Part shown: in pieces, positions 1 to 11,924 of the stretch | Layout: each line of letters begins with the position of its first letter | Numbering within the stretch: position 1 is the first letter of the stretch | Assembly (NCBI GenBank): GCA_021613535.1 | Contig: CP075493.1 | Location: 1,054,001-1,118,000, forward strand | DNA length: 64,000 bases | Reading direction: 5' to 3' | Source: Adineta vaga | Lineage: Eukaryota; Animalia; Rotifera | Notes under the pieces: generated by a model | Seen by the model: the letters and a program-made list of their open reading frames with translations, nothing else | Databases searched by the model: none | What the model was told of the DNA's origin: nothing | Position numbers and translations under genes: made by a program

Positions 1-1379
1 CACGACGTGTGTTCTATGGCACGGTGGTGTTTGGCATCAAACAAATTGCGGATATTTTTTTACCAAACTGGTGCATAATTCTTCTACCTATACTTGGTGT
101 TTTTGTTCTTCATCTGTTGGATAAAGACCGGTTGCAACAGGTAAGACATCAGAGTAGAGAAATTGCACTAAAAGTATCCCAGTTCCATCAGCGACTTTTT
201 AATGAAAATCATAAGTTCATTGAGAGACACGTGATTATAAACCCGAAAAAAGATTAAGATATTTTCCAGTCGTAAACAGATGTTCGACAATACTAACGTA
301 GTATTGTGGTCTTGATCTCGGTGGTGATGAAATTGGTCGTGGTAGCGGTAGTGGTAGATGTTTTGATTTTGTTATATTCCTATTCCCAACTGAAAGGTTT
401 TAGAGAATTCTTTATAAGCAGGAAAAAACATTGTTATTAGTACACTTATTTGACGTTGACAAGTAGTTGTCAAAACTCTGACTATATGAGGAAGAAAATT
501 CTGCATGTCACTTTTTATGTTGATGCCTTGATGAAAACATCTAATTAAACTTAAACGACAAGAAAATGAGATTGAATACTGACAATTATTAAACTTTTTT
601 CAATGCATAGGATCTCTTGTGCTGTATTCCAATTCTATTCAATGTAGAAAAATAGTGTTAAAAATTTCAGTACACGAAGAAGGAGAGTCAGAGAGGTCTT
701 GTATTATGTTAGTGAGTTTGGTAATCGATAATCGATTGAGAATAATTTAGTTATCTTTTCGATCGCTTTCGTAACGAATGCTGAAGAAACAAATATCGAC
801 GCTGAACCGATTTTTTCATGTCTTGATTTGTGTAATAATACTGCTGTAAATAAATGAAAGATTGCTTCTTTGCCACATGGGAATCCACCCTATCACATTC
901 ATTTGAATTCGCAGTTGTATTAATAGCTTAAATTAAGATTTTTATTTCTTCCTTTTAGATTCGCGTGGAGGAAAGGGGTGATCCCTTACCATGATCATTA
1001 TTTTCTATCTGATGAGCCAGCCTTTGCATTTTCTAGTCTTTCATTTCTTTTCAGAAACTTATTTGGTCTTTTCATCTTCTTGTTTTTGCTAGAAATTCAA
1101 CTTCATTTACTGTTTATGTAAAGTTGTCTCTTTGTTTTATTTACTTTTTTTATAAAAACTGACTGCTCATTTTATTCACTATATTCTTGATAGTAAGTTT
1201 ATGCTCATTTTGTTTTCTTTTCATCTTCCAAGATTCATTTTGTTTTTTTACTTTTCTTGATAAAAGATTCAGTCATTTAAATGTGATACCAACGTTCTTA
1301 TTTGTTATTAATTTTAGATATATTATGTCTTCAAGAAAATTTTATATAACTATAGCCATACTATACATTACCTATTGGA

Positions 1380-1790
1380 TTAAACTTTTCAGTTATTTAT
1401 ATCGCAATTCTCAGTTATGGAATCCTTGTTCCATTATTTGTATGCATTTCTTTTAAACTAATTCAATATGTGAACGTGACAAAGAAACGGGTGACATCCG
1501 TAAATATTCTACTTCGTGCATAACAAGGATTAAGAATGATTCAACGTTTTGTTTTAATTATAACAATTTTTATGATATTTTGTTTTTCTTATTCAATCTT
1601 CCTAATTATGTCTATTTTTACTACTTTACGTGAACATTATATTCCAATTATTGCTGTATGTATTAATGCATTGATGTCACTTGTTTTGATTGCTTTACTT
1701 TATTCAACTGATCCACTCAAAGCAGCTTTTCTTAAAAGAACAATGAGACGACTTACAAAAGATCTATCCAGTATGTTGAAAATAAATTGA
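1380..1790 (+). pseudogene. 3' fragment of an orphan rhodopsin-like GPCR (TM5-TM7) with an in-frame stop
   Basis: The frame upstream of ORF 1536..1790 reads LNFSVIYIAILSYGILVPLFVCISFKLIQYVNVTKKRVTSVNILLRA*QGLRMIQRFVLIITIF. There is a TAA at ~1521 and the N-terminal TMs are missing. Confidence 0.6.
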
Positions 1791-2034
1791 TTATCTTTTA
1801 AGAGACAATCTATCCTCAGGAGTAAATATCAATGTGAATGAATTTCTTCAATTATCTTACCCACACCCACACCCACGCCCAGAAAATTGCTCGAAGGGAA
1901 TTAGCATGTAGACATTTTAGTTAATCAAGATCCCGTTTTATTTGTAGATACAATAAATAAACATGAATCTGAAGTTTCTGTATTTTATATAAACGATACA
2001 AAACTATAAAAAGAAAGAATGAAAAAGTAATAAA

Positions 2035-3054
2035 TTATTCTTCATCTTTTTTTCGTCCAACAGCAAGAAGAATATTTGTAATACCAGTATTTTTTAATTC
2101 GTTTATATCTTCTTCTTGTTTGATATTGAATATACCAGCATAATCAATACCACCAATGGATTTTTGAGAACCATTCGATAGGACAAAGATTTCTTTCGAT
2201 CGTGGTATTAAATGTATATGTTTCTTCGTTATAAGAACATTATAAGAAGTTTTCGCTCCATCGAAGTCTTTTCCTTCTTTAAAACTAAACATTTCATCTA
2301 AAAGTTGGATGAATTTATCAATAAGATAATTGCCTAATTGATCCGATTGATTCGGTGGATGAATCGATATAACAAAATGAGCCCATGGTACTTGAACAAG
2401 TTGATTAGCTTGATCATAATCATTTTGTCCTTGAAGATAAACATCGAGTGGTGGTTCATTTTCAAAGACGGGATAAAATTGAACATGTTTATGTTTTTGA
2501 CTAGCACCAGATTCTTCGCCACAATTGAAGAAAGCGACGAGTTTAGTTGACTTATAATTTCGAATGATTTCATACGTTATTGATAAATCATCAGCTGTTA
2601 AAAGATCAGATTGTTTTGTAAAATCTAAAAGCACAATGTTCTAATAATGTCTTGTAATTCTTTCGTACATACCGTGTGGTAAAAGAAGAAAATGATTTTT
2701 TGTTGCAGGATATTTATTGAGTAGAATAACATATGCTGTTTCATTCAATCCATAATTTGGTAGATCACATACATGAAGATTGTTTCCGTATGGAGGAGCA
2801 AGTGAATCTTTGTCATTTTTCTCGACATCCTCCTTTCCAGGTTTCTTTTCTATACCAGGAACATATCTTATCTGATACTAAACAAATCAGTAATAGAAAA
2901 GTTTTCTTTTTTTGAAACATATATTTACCGAACATCCATCGATCAATTGTTCGACAGTTTTATATCCTTCAAAAGTAACATCACCATTTTTCAGTGCATT
3001 TTCAAATGCATTTGTAACGAGACTTTCAATATTTTTCAATGAATCTGATGCCAT
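2035..3054 (-). CDS. Ap4A phosphorylase / ATP adenylyltransferase (Apa1/Apa2-like), 3 exons
   Basis: Exons 3054-2929, 2877-2673 and 2624-2035 join in frame via GT-AG introns. Motifs LNKYP..KNHFLL, FFNCGEESGASQKHKHVQF (HxHxQ) and SYNVLITKKHIHLIPRS. Confidence 0.88.
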
Positions 3055-3197
3055 ATTGTCGAAGAAATGTGTTTAGTACTAAAGTTAGATTTTCTTTCTT
3101 GACTTGATTCTTCTATACTGATTTTCTGTTCGATTAAATAGAAATCCAGTCAATGAAAAGAAAAGGAGATGTCGCATCTTGAGAGTATGATTAGAAA

Positions 3198-3994
3198 TCA
3201 ATTTTTTATTCGAAAAAAAAATTGTTCGCTAGTCTTTACAGAGAATTTTCGCTGTATAAACGAAACAGCTAAGAAAAAGTGCAGCAAAAATACCACAATA
3301 GATAATAAGTGTCCAAAATGCACAATTATAAAGCACAGGATGGCAATATGTTTTTGTCATAGTCGAATCGGTAAATTGTACAAATCCTTTTACAGAAAAT
3401 ACAAGAACTCCACCCTAAAAGATAATATATTTTCACTTCTATATTATAAATCATAAGCAGAAAGAATATGACGACTATAAACTCACTGTTATTATCTCCA
3501 CAAGTATAATAATAATACACCAAGTAACTATAGAAATTAAAGCCAGAGATGCGCAATCATATAAGACATGACGTTTATCATCAGATTCTTGAAATATTTT
3601 TTTCCGTCTTGGTTTGAGTATAATGGCGCCAAATAAGAAAACATTCTGCCAATAAAAATGAAAAAACAAATATTTACATATAATAAATGGACCAACGCGA
3701 ATTTGTTACTAGTAAAAAAAGTAGAGTAATACTAATTTCTATAACAGCAGAGACAATAACATAATTAGCAATCCATGATCGAATTGAACAGTGAGTATGA
3801 TAAATAATCCCAATAATTAGTTTTATTACTGCAATAATTAATGTTATACTAATACATATAAGTAATCTGGTTGAAAGACAAGATTTTATTTGAAATAAAT
3901 TCTTTCTTTCTGATTTTCTCTCATCAAAATTCTTTCGTACAGACATTTCCGATTGCAATGATTGAAATACTGGATCATCATTTGAATGTTTCAT
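3198..3994 (-). CDS. TMEM272-like multi-pass membrane protein, spliced
   Basis: ATG at 3994 and hydrophobic segments. The last exon reads GGVLVFSVKGFVQFTDSTMTKTYCHPVLYNCAFWTLIIY to a TGA at 3200-3198. Internal exon boundaries are approximate. Confidence 0.65.
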
Positions 3995-4279
3995 TGATAA
4001 TTCGCGTCTTCTATGTGGTACGAACTACGTCTGTTGTAACTCTTTTACGGTAATCAAATATCTGAAAACAGATTTTATTATATACTTTTTTATATTGACC
4101 TGAAATTTTACTTTTACAGATTCAAGAAGCAATGTCAATATTTGATTTATATCAACCTCCGAAAGATTGTGCGCGACTGTAATTATATATTTTACAATAT
4201 CCATAAAGGGAAAATCTGAAGGCATCATAAACCAAGATGTAACGGCTAGCCCATAAATAACTGCTGTATTAGCACTTTT

Positions 4280-4606
4280 AAAATTCTCTACAAACCGTAC
4301 ATGAGTAGGCTCAAAAATTGTTTTTGACGTATTTGAAAAAAGTTGTGAAAATAACGAATTGGTTATAATAAAATCACAGTACTTCGCGTACGATTTTGTC
4401 ATCCCTGATTTCAATCCACTGAAAAAGAGAAATATACTGAAACATGTAGCACGAAAATTTCTACAATAATGACGCTCCTTTTGGAAGAAAAAAATGTGAC
4501 TGTACAATAAAAAGTCTTACGAAAATGTAGAGCTTTTCTCTTCTTTTTCCAAATATTTCAAAAAAAAACTTTTGAGCCCACTCATGTATAGTTTGTAGAG
4601 AACTTC
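4280..4606. mobile_element. Inverted-repeat (MITE-like) element
   Basis: aaaattctctacaaaccgtacatgagtaggctcaaaa (~4280-4317) is an imperfect reverse complement of ttttgagcccactcatgtatagtttgtagagaact (~4570-4604). Confidence 0.55.
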
Positions 4607-5178
4607 AAGCGTCTTAATCAAGCCGATAATAGAGAAGAAATTTCAAAAGTAACTTACTAAAAGAACAGTTACTTATGGAGCACCCATTATATTCGTTCTT
4701 ATGCAGTATGCTTTCCAATCCAATATCAGAAATAATATATCTTCTTCTTCTCATCATTGAAACAAGAATGCAATTGAGCACTTGAAAAATATTTCAGTTT
4801 TTCACTATACACTTCTCATACCTTCACACGAACTAACTCATATTAATAAATATTCAGCATATTTGAAAAGAAAATTACATCGATGATAACGTATCTCTCT
4901 CTCACGTACTCAAATACGCCCTTCACAATACTAGTTAATCTCGACATTCAAGAATGTCTCTTTCTGAAGCTAGTGTGCGATTTGCAGATTTATACTTAGT
5001 TTCATGATGAATCAAGCGTAAAGTTTATAAGAAAAAGTTTTCAGAAGACTAAATAGAATAAAAGAAGGAAAAGATAGTACGAATTGCAATATAAATTATT
5101 GAAGACATTGTATAATGATAAAGCATCGTATTAGTTCATGTTTGTCTTGTATACTTTAGTTGATGCGACAGCTTTCGA

Positions 5179-7326
5179 CTATTCAGATGGAAGTGCTTTT
5201 TGGTTGCTGTCCATACTTTCTGTAAATAGAGAATAAACTGCCATCAAACGATTATACTCCGCAATTGCATTAAGCAGTTCATCGTTGATGGCATTTCGTT
5301 GATTTTTGTTAAGTGTAAAACCAGGAATTTTAGAGAATCGGCCGCAATGATTTGCAATTTTACGAAGAGACGACTCACTTGATTGCAGCGAATTCTGTTG
5401 AGCTGTGATTCCTTCTTCCACTTTCTCCATTGCAACTTGAAGTCTCATTCTCTCCTTCTCCAAACCTGCTAATTCGTTTTGAAAATGTGATAATTCATTG
5501 TACTTGTCAAAGTTGCCGGTAGCCCAATAACCTCCTAGACCGAGCATACCAACTCCACCAACAATACTAGCAACGCCTAGAGCAGGACCGGCAGCAACGA
5601 CAGCAGTTACTGTAACCAATGCATAACCTGTTTTGATGGCCAGCACTCCCATGATAGTGCTAGTAGCGCTTCCGGCGATTCCTGCAACCATAACCTTGAT
5701 TTGTTCTTTGGCACTATCGTCACTTAACAGTTCTATTGTCTTTTTCATTCCGTCAATGTGCTCATCACTAATTACCTGAATAAAGTTTGTTAATTGAACC
5801 TGAACTTTATAGATAGTTCCACTGATCTCCATGAGCTCATTTTGATGATGATTGATTACACGACCGATCTCCACCAACTGATCTTCTCGTACCAAGGTTT
5901 GTATGGATTGCGTTTGCTTTTTTAAAATAGGCAATATCTTTTGCTGATGAACCACTGATGCTTGAAGGGCCCGCATAAACTTTTCATGCTTCTCTGCGCT
6001 CTTGTTCAGTTCGGCTAGTAGTTCGTTTACTTCAGAAAGCTTACCAATCTTTTTTGCACGAGCTTCAATACTTTTATATGCTCGACGAAATGTTGACGGC
6101 ATTTTTTCACTTAATATATATACATCGGCTAACTCCTTACTTGTGTGTCGGACACCTTCACCGAGAACACGAATGAATTCATCTACATTCGCCTGAATAG
6201 TCTCATCATGATACATACTGGCGTGACGTTGCAACTCTTCGATCGATAGAATTTGTCGCGAAAGATTCGAGTGAAGATTATCTCTATTAGTTCTCAGCGT
6301 TTCTAGTGCGATTGTCGCGTCAGGGTACCAATGGCGTAATACTGGTCTCGCAGAGGAAACTGTAGTGGGAAAACATATCCATACAGCGATGATTAACACG
6401 AGCGATAGTATGCCGATGAGAATAAGGTAAAATAGACGAGGATTTTCTTCTATTGAGTGTTTAGCAGCATGATTCATAATGTCAGGCACGACAGAATTTT
6501 TACGTCGTCGGAGACTTCGATTATCCACAATAGTATTTACGCTATCATTCTCTGCTGGTTCAGGTTTTGTAGAGGTAGTTTCGTTATATTGTAAAGCTTG
6601 ATCATCTGAAATATTATTGACAATTTTTCTTTCGGATGAATCAAGGTTTGTTGAGAGTTGTTTTTGACGAAAATCCATGAAGAACTGAGTTAATGCAGCA
6701 ATGATGCCGAAAGTTGAACCTATCCATACTAGGATTGATGATAATGCTACTGGGCCCACTATGAAAAGAGCCAATCTAAGTATAGTCTGAAACATATTCT
6801 CGAGCCAGTTGTTATAGTAAAATACTTTTTTATCTTTCAACATAATTTCCAATGGTGTATCTGTCAGAAAAAAGGTGGCATGAAACTTCGTAAATTTCTC
6901 GTGCCAGTTGTCGATAATACTCGTGACAAATGAATAGTTTCCTTCTTTCAAATAAAACACCACTAAACCACCATTTTCCAGGCCTCTATTCAACATTTTT
7001 GACAGCTCCTGACAGTCATTTAGCTGATCTGCAACCAAAGCATGATATTTACCTGCCATCGTTTCTATATTTATCAGTTGAATCTCCATTCTTTTGATAT
7101 CTGGACAATAAATATGTGCATCTTGTATTAACGTTTTCAATCTTTTTGTAACACCGAATGATATTTCTTCGATATGATTGCACAAATATTGTGTGTCAGT
7201 TTGCAGCGTTATAATTCGCTCACTGAACGACTGACTTCCAACTGTATCTTCGTCACCAAACACTAAGAATGGTAGATCTATGCAGTTAACAGTAATCAGA
7301 ATCACGAGGAAACTATGAGTATTCAT
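5179..7326 (-). CDS. Intronless 715-aa helical/coiled-coil protein with signal peptide, TM segment and two hydrophobic hairpins
   Basis: Long uninterrupted ORF with an N-terminal hydrophobic leader. Hydrophobic stretches at ~aa 183-217, 298-320 and 545-600 (Gly/Ala-rich), with heptad-like flanks. Confidence 0.8.
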   Translation of the reverse strand: MNTHSFLVILITVNCIDLPFLVFGDEDTVGSQSFSERIITLQTDTQYLCNHIEEISFGVTKRLKTLIQDAHIYCPDIKRMEIQLINIETMAGKYHALVADQLNDCQELSKMLNRGLENGGLVVFYLKEGNYSFVTSIIDNWHEKFTKFHATFFLTDTPLEIMLKDKKVFYYNNWLENMFQTILRLALFIVGPVALSSILVWIGSTFGIIAALTQFFMDFRQKQLSTNLDSSERKIVNNISDDQALQYNETTSTKPEPAENDSVNTIVDNRSLRRRKNSVVPDIMNHAAKHSIEENPRLFYLILIGILSLVLIIAVWICFPTTVSSARPVLRHWYPDATIALETLRTNRDNLHSNLSRQILSIEELQRHASMYHDETIQANVDEFIRVLGEGVRHTSKELADVYILSEKMPSTFRRAYKSIEARAKKIGKLSEVNELLAELNKSAEKHEKFMRALQASVVHQQKILPILKKQTQSIQTLVREDQLVEIGRVINHHQNELMEISGTIYKVQVQLTNFIQVISDEHIDGMKKTIELLSDDSAKEQIKVMVAGIAGSATSTIMGVLAIKTGYALVTVTAVVAAGPALGVASIVGGVGMLGLGGYWATGNFDKYNELSHFQNELAGLEKERMRLQVAMEKVEEGITAQQNSLQSSESSLRKIANHCGRFSKIPGFTLNKNQRNAINDELLNAIAEYNRLMAVYSLFTESMDSNQKALPSE

Positions 7327-7779
7327 GGTGATTTACAGGAAGTCGATAACAATAGGATGCGGTGAATAATTAAGTGATACAACTGAATTGAAAGAGAGAG
7401 AGAGAGAAAGGGTCTGAACGATTGTCAACAACACGAAGAATTAGCTGTGGTTGCGTTCAAATTTATACCACGTATCAGCTTTTTACTTCACTAAAAGAGT
7501 AAAAAGAAAGCAAGGATAAAGTTTTGCGCACTATATAAGTACTGTATTATTTTCGTCACACCATATGGTTATTGATCAGAGAAATTTGTCCTTAAAAAAT
7601 TGTAATATTAAAAACGAGATGGAAAAAACCCAAATATTCACGAGCTCGCAGTTAAAGAAAATGTTTTTGATTTCTTAATAACTGTATATATAAAAGGAAG
7701 ATTGGTAATCTATTTCACAAGTTTACAATGTGACAAATAACGCGAAAATTCCGGGGAAATATCCCACATTTTTTACTGA

Positions 7780-7982
7780 CTACCCAGACAGACAAGGAAC
7801 GGAAAAAACGACGTTCAAACGCGTTAGAAAAATTTTTTTTGTTTGCTGAAAAACAATTGAAACAGCATTGACTGTTAACAACACGACTATTTATTAAAAC
7901 AATAATTTTTTTTAACGCTTAGAAATGTGTGCTATTTATAAATAAAAACGTTGTTTTTTTCGCTGCTTGTCTGTCTGGATAG
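7780..7982. mobile_element. MITE of ~200 bp with ~36-bp terminal inverted repeats
   Basis: Left end ctacccagacagacaaggaacggaaaaaacgacgtt. Reverse complement of the right end is ctatccagacagacaagcagcgaaaaaaacaacgtt. No coding capacity. Confidence 0.8.
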
Positions 7983-8329
7983 AATGTAATATCGTTCGAA
8001 AAAATAAAAGAACACTTACTGCGTGTTTAACTAAAACGTGCTTTGTGAGTTTAAGACTAAAGAAACCGATTCTGTCTTATCGAAAAAATATAATAATGAC
8101 ATGGTTATAGATAACATTAAAAGATACTTTAACTGGGAAAATGTTTTTACAAAAGGAGTGGATCAGTAAGAAGCAATATTCAGAGAATGAGTAAGGATTA
8201 AAACAAAGAACCCACACCCAATCTCGAAATCATCATTGCATACATACTCATGTATGTATTATCAGAATTTTAACAGTGAGATTAAACATTGAAAAACTAA
8301 AATTTATTTCAAAAGTTTTTGAACAAACG

Positions 8330-9102
8330 TTAATGAAGTTCATCGGTAGTTGTTGTTGTTGTTGTATATTCTTCATATTGTTCTTTAAAACCAAGTACTT
8401 GACCAATAAAAGCACCTATTTCAACAATGATTTTCGCCAGAGGTAATGGTATTGCTGCTGGATATGTTTGTGCATTATTAAAAAGTACAAATATTTGCCA
8501 AATAGATTTATAACCATCACGTGAAACACCAGCAAAATTTTCGAAAAATTCTTGTTGAATTCCATAATCTCTACTAGCTGGTTCAATACGAATACGAACA
8601 ATCAAATTTTCTTTATTATCATCCATCCAAAATGTATGTGGAGTTCGAGGTAGAACGATGAGAGGTTTTGGACATGTATGAATATCACATGAATAGATTT
8701 TATCATCTAATTGATATCCTAAATGACCTTGAACAAGTGTAAAATATTCCGTTTGAGTAAGATGAACATGCATCGGTGGTGTACAGGGTCTTTCTAATGG
8801 TGAAATTTGAAGATTACCACAAAGACCATGAACATAGATTGTATTTTCACATTCAAAATAGGAATATTTTAATTGTTCTGATCGATTATAGAAATAGAAT
8901 GTATCCGTATTATTTGCTAACGATGATGAAATATGAGATAAACCTTTTGTATGTGTTCGAATAAGCTAGATACATTATCGAAAATAAGTCTATCTCTTCA
9001 AATTTTAATTACAAAAAATTCTACCTGAGATGTATAAAACCGATAATAAGCAATCCATGCAATAAAACTACCCAATATAAACGATTTCAACCACCAAGGC
9101 AT
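8330..9102 (-). CDS. Cupin-domain protein with N-terminal membrane anchor, 2 exons
   Basis: Exon 1 9102-9025 (MPWWLKSFILGSFIAWIAYYRF), intron 9024-8966. Exon 2 carries cupin motifs PPMHVHLTQTEYFTLVQG and PRTPHTFW. Confidence 0.8.
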
Positions 9103-9330
9103 GTTCTACTTCCTTTCAGTTATCTAATATAAAATACGAAGAAGAAAATGTTTACGAAAAAAAAGCAAAGAAATGAAAAGGTAACTATCTCAAGATATCA
9201 TTAGAATAGAACACGTGCGTCATTCATAGATGATTATCAATAAAAACATATAAAAAATGAATTACATTCTTCAAGATATGTATTACTCAATAGAAAATAT
9301 ATCTAAATAGTTCAAAACTTCTCATAAAAT

Positions 9331-10662
9331 TCAAAGTTTAATATCACAAACACCGATCATTGCATCTCGAGTAACTAAAGGAATTAATTGTTCTCGAGAC
9401 CAATTTTCTGTTCCTTTTGGTCGACGTGGTAGAACTAAATATCGTAAATCAGCGGTACTATCATGAATTTGAATTTTCATATCATCGGGAAGTTCAGTAC
9501 CGAATTCTTTTAAAACTTCTCGAGGATTTCTTGGTACACGAACACGATATGATCTTGATTTATACCAACCAGGTGGAAGTCCAAGTAATTGTCGAGGATA
9601 ACATGAACAAAGTGTACAAACAATTAAATTATGTATTTGATCTGTATTTTCTACAATACACATTGTTGTATTGAAATTTTCCAATTTTAAAAATTGTTTA
9701 ATTGTTTGTGTTGAATTTTTTAATAGTTCTTCTTTAAATTTTGGATTTAACCAAGATTCAACAACAAGTTCTGCTCCATTTAAACTTATTCCAGCCATTT
9801 GAATTGTTTCAATTTGTCGACGTAATTCATCTAATGTAAGAATCTTTTTATCAAGTAATGCATTAATTAATGATTCAGCTAAATGTTGAATTGATGAAGG
9901 ATTTCCTTCACGATCAACTGCTCGTTGTTCAATAATATTACGATCTTCATGAACATGATCATGATCGTCATCATGTTCATGTTCATGTTCATGATCATTC
10001 TCTTCTGTAATAACTTCAGTTTTTAATAAATCTGTTTGTGATGCAGATAATAACCAATGTTGATAAATTTCTACATCAATTGTATCATCAGAATTGCCTT
10101 GATAACCATTCCATATATCTTTTTGATTAAATCTTACTCGATAAAGAGGTTGATAATGTTCTTTATTATCATTATTTTCATAAGCATAATATTCAGGATT
10201 AGGAAAAACTCCACAAAATCGTTCAATCACTCCTATTTTACCATATAAATAACCAGGTGTACGTAAATGTGGTTTAATCCATCTTGTTGCATAATTCTCA
10301 TGTTGAACACGTACATAATCACCAACATGAAATAATTGTTCATTTGTTGAATATAAAGGTGAACCATATTTTTCATTTAAATCATTTTGTGTTAATAAAC
10401 CTGATTCTAAACAATGTTTACTAATTGATATTGTCCATCGTTCATAATAAGTCAGTTTATTATAAAGTGATTTTTCAATTGATTCAACACCTTGACGAAG
10501 ATTGTGAAGATTCATTAATTTCTTTTTCACTAATAAACATAAAACTGCATCAATCTGTTGTTCCCAATAAGCATATTCATCAATTCGACGATCTAATGGT
10601 TTTAAAAAGTCATCGTCATCAGGATTTGTAGCAATATCAGATACACGTTCAACAGAAACCAT
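9331..10662 (-). CDS. Fused beta-alpha cobalt-type nitrile hydratase (NHase/SCNase family) with His-rich linker
   Basis: Beta motifs LRQGVE, TYYERW, HLRTPGYLYGKIG and YRVRF. Linker ENDHEHEHEHDDDHDHVHE. Alpha motifs VCTLCSCYP, WYKSRSYR and DSTADLRYLVLPRRP. First ATG is at 10662. Intronless. Confidence 0.95.
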   Translation of the reverse strand: MVSVERVSDIATNPDDDDFLKPLDRRIDEYAYWEQQIDAVLCLLVKKKLMNLHNLRQGVESIEKSLYNKLTYYERWTISISKHCLESGLLTQNDLNEKYGSPLYSTNEQLFHVGDYVRVQHENYATRWIKPHLRTPGYLYGKIGVIERFCGVFPNPEYYAYENNDNKEHYQPLYRVRFNQKDIWNGYQGNSDDTIDVEIYQHWLLSASQTDLLKTEVITEENDHEHEHEHDDDHDHVHEDRNIIEQRAVDREGNPSSIQHLAESLINALLDKKILTLDELRRQIETIQMAGISLNGAELVVESWLNPKFKEELLKNSTQTIKQFLKLENFNTTMCIVENTDQIHNLIVCTLCSCYPRQLLGLPPGWYKSRSYRVRVPRNPREVLKEFGTELPDDMKIQIHDSTADLRYLVLPRRPKGTENWSREQLIPLVTRDAMIGVCDIKL

Positions 10663-11202
10663 TATAGAAATGCTTTCTATAAGCAAATTTCAATCTTAAA
10701 AAGTGAATATGTTTGTTCTTCATTTACAAAACACAAAAAAAAAGTGAGAACGAATAAAAGATAAAGAAGTAAATCAAGGACACTGATACAAGATAATAAT
10801 ACAATCTTTATATGATTCATTTGAATATATAACGATGATGATGATCGATCAGTTCTTTACCCAATGATTTGTTCGATGAAAACTATCCTCTTTTAAATCT
10901 CTTTACAAATGATGTCACTATAATATATATATATATATAACAGACATGAACAGATCTGTAGAAAAAAACGATGTTTTATACACATGTTGTTTTTCCTATT
11001 GCATTAGAATACTTTACAGGTAATTGTCTCCGAGGGATCACTCGAACATGACTTATTCAATACTTTGTTTACTTTACCTGTAAATAAAAAAAACTCGGTA
11101 GTGGACGTTAAATCATCAAAATGTTCGTCGTTGGTAAAACGAAATATATAAAATGAGAGAAAAACAAAACAAAAATGTTTTATTTAAAAAAGAAACATAT
11201 TT

Positions 11203-11924
11203 ATGAGTACAGTACCTGATGAAAGTAAACGTTGTGAAGAAATAAATGACGCATTCGATTTTCCATGGCCATTAATTAATGTAATTAAAAATCCATTTGA
11301 ATATTTTGGAGAAAAGTCTGATCTTTTCGCACCACAATATTTATTTGATCGTCTTCTTTTACGATTGGCTTTTGCTACTTTCTTAATTAGTCTTTTGTCT
11401 GGAATATTCTTCTTAGATAGTTATTCTTATTGTGCACAAAATTTATGTCCTTTTCTAATTGTACAAGGATCATGTGGTCTTATTATTGTTTTTATTCATT
11501 TCTTGGCACTTATCTTCAAGTAAGATTATCTTTTTCTTTAACTACGAACGAAAGTTTATTTGTATTTTGTAGTTGGAGACCAACGAATACGATAGATTAT
11601 TCAGAAAATAATCGTTTGGCTATTAAATTGGTCTTTCTATGTGCAAATATTCTTACTGTATTTTGCATTATTTGGTTTTTTATTGGCTATTTTTGGAAAT
11701 TTCAAATATTGGATACACACTGTAATGACAATGATGACACAATTCTGAAACTAATTGGGACAATTATTATAGTCCTGCATTATCTTATCGGTGCTGCTTA
11801 TTTATGGAATCATTTATGGAACAGTTTATCATTCTTAAATTACCTTCATCGAATCATCCAATATCGTCTAGACACAAATATTGTAGATGATAATACTTCT
11901 TCAGAAAATAATTCTACTGTTTAA
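11203..11924 (+). CDS. TMEM272-like multi-pass membrane protein, 2 exons
   Basis: ORFs 11203..11523 and 11430..11924 are joined by a GT-AG intron at ~11520-11572. Motifs C..NLCPFLIVQG and FCIIWFFIGYFW. Confidence 0.65.

Noticed and set aside
4025-4507. 160-aa ORF considered as a transposase
   Set aside because: Non-ATG start, no DDE or HTH motif, and it overlaps an inverted-repeat non-coding element.
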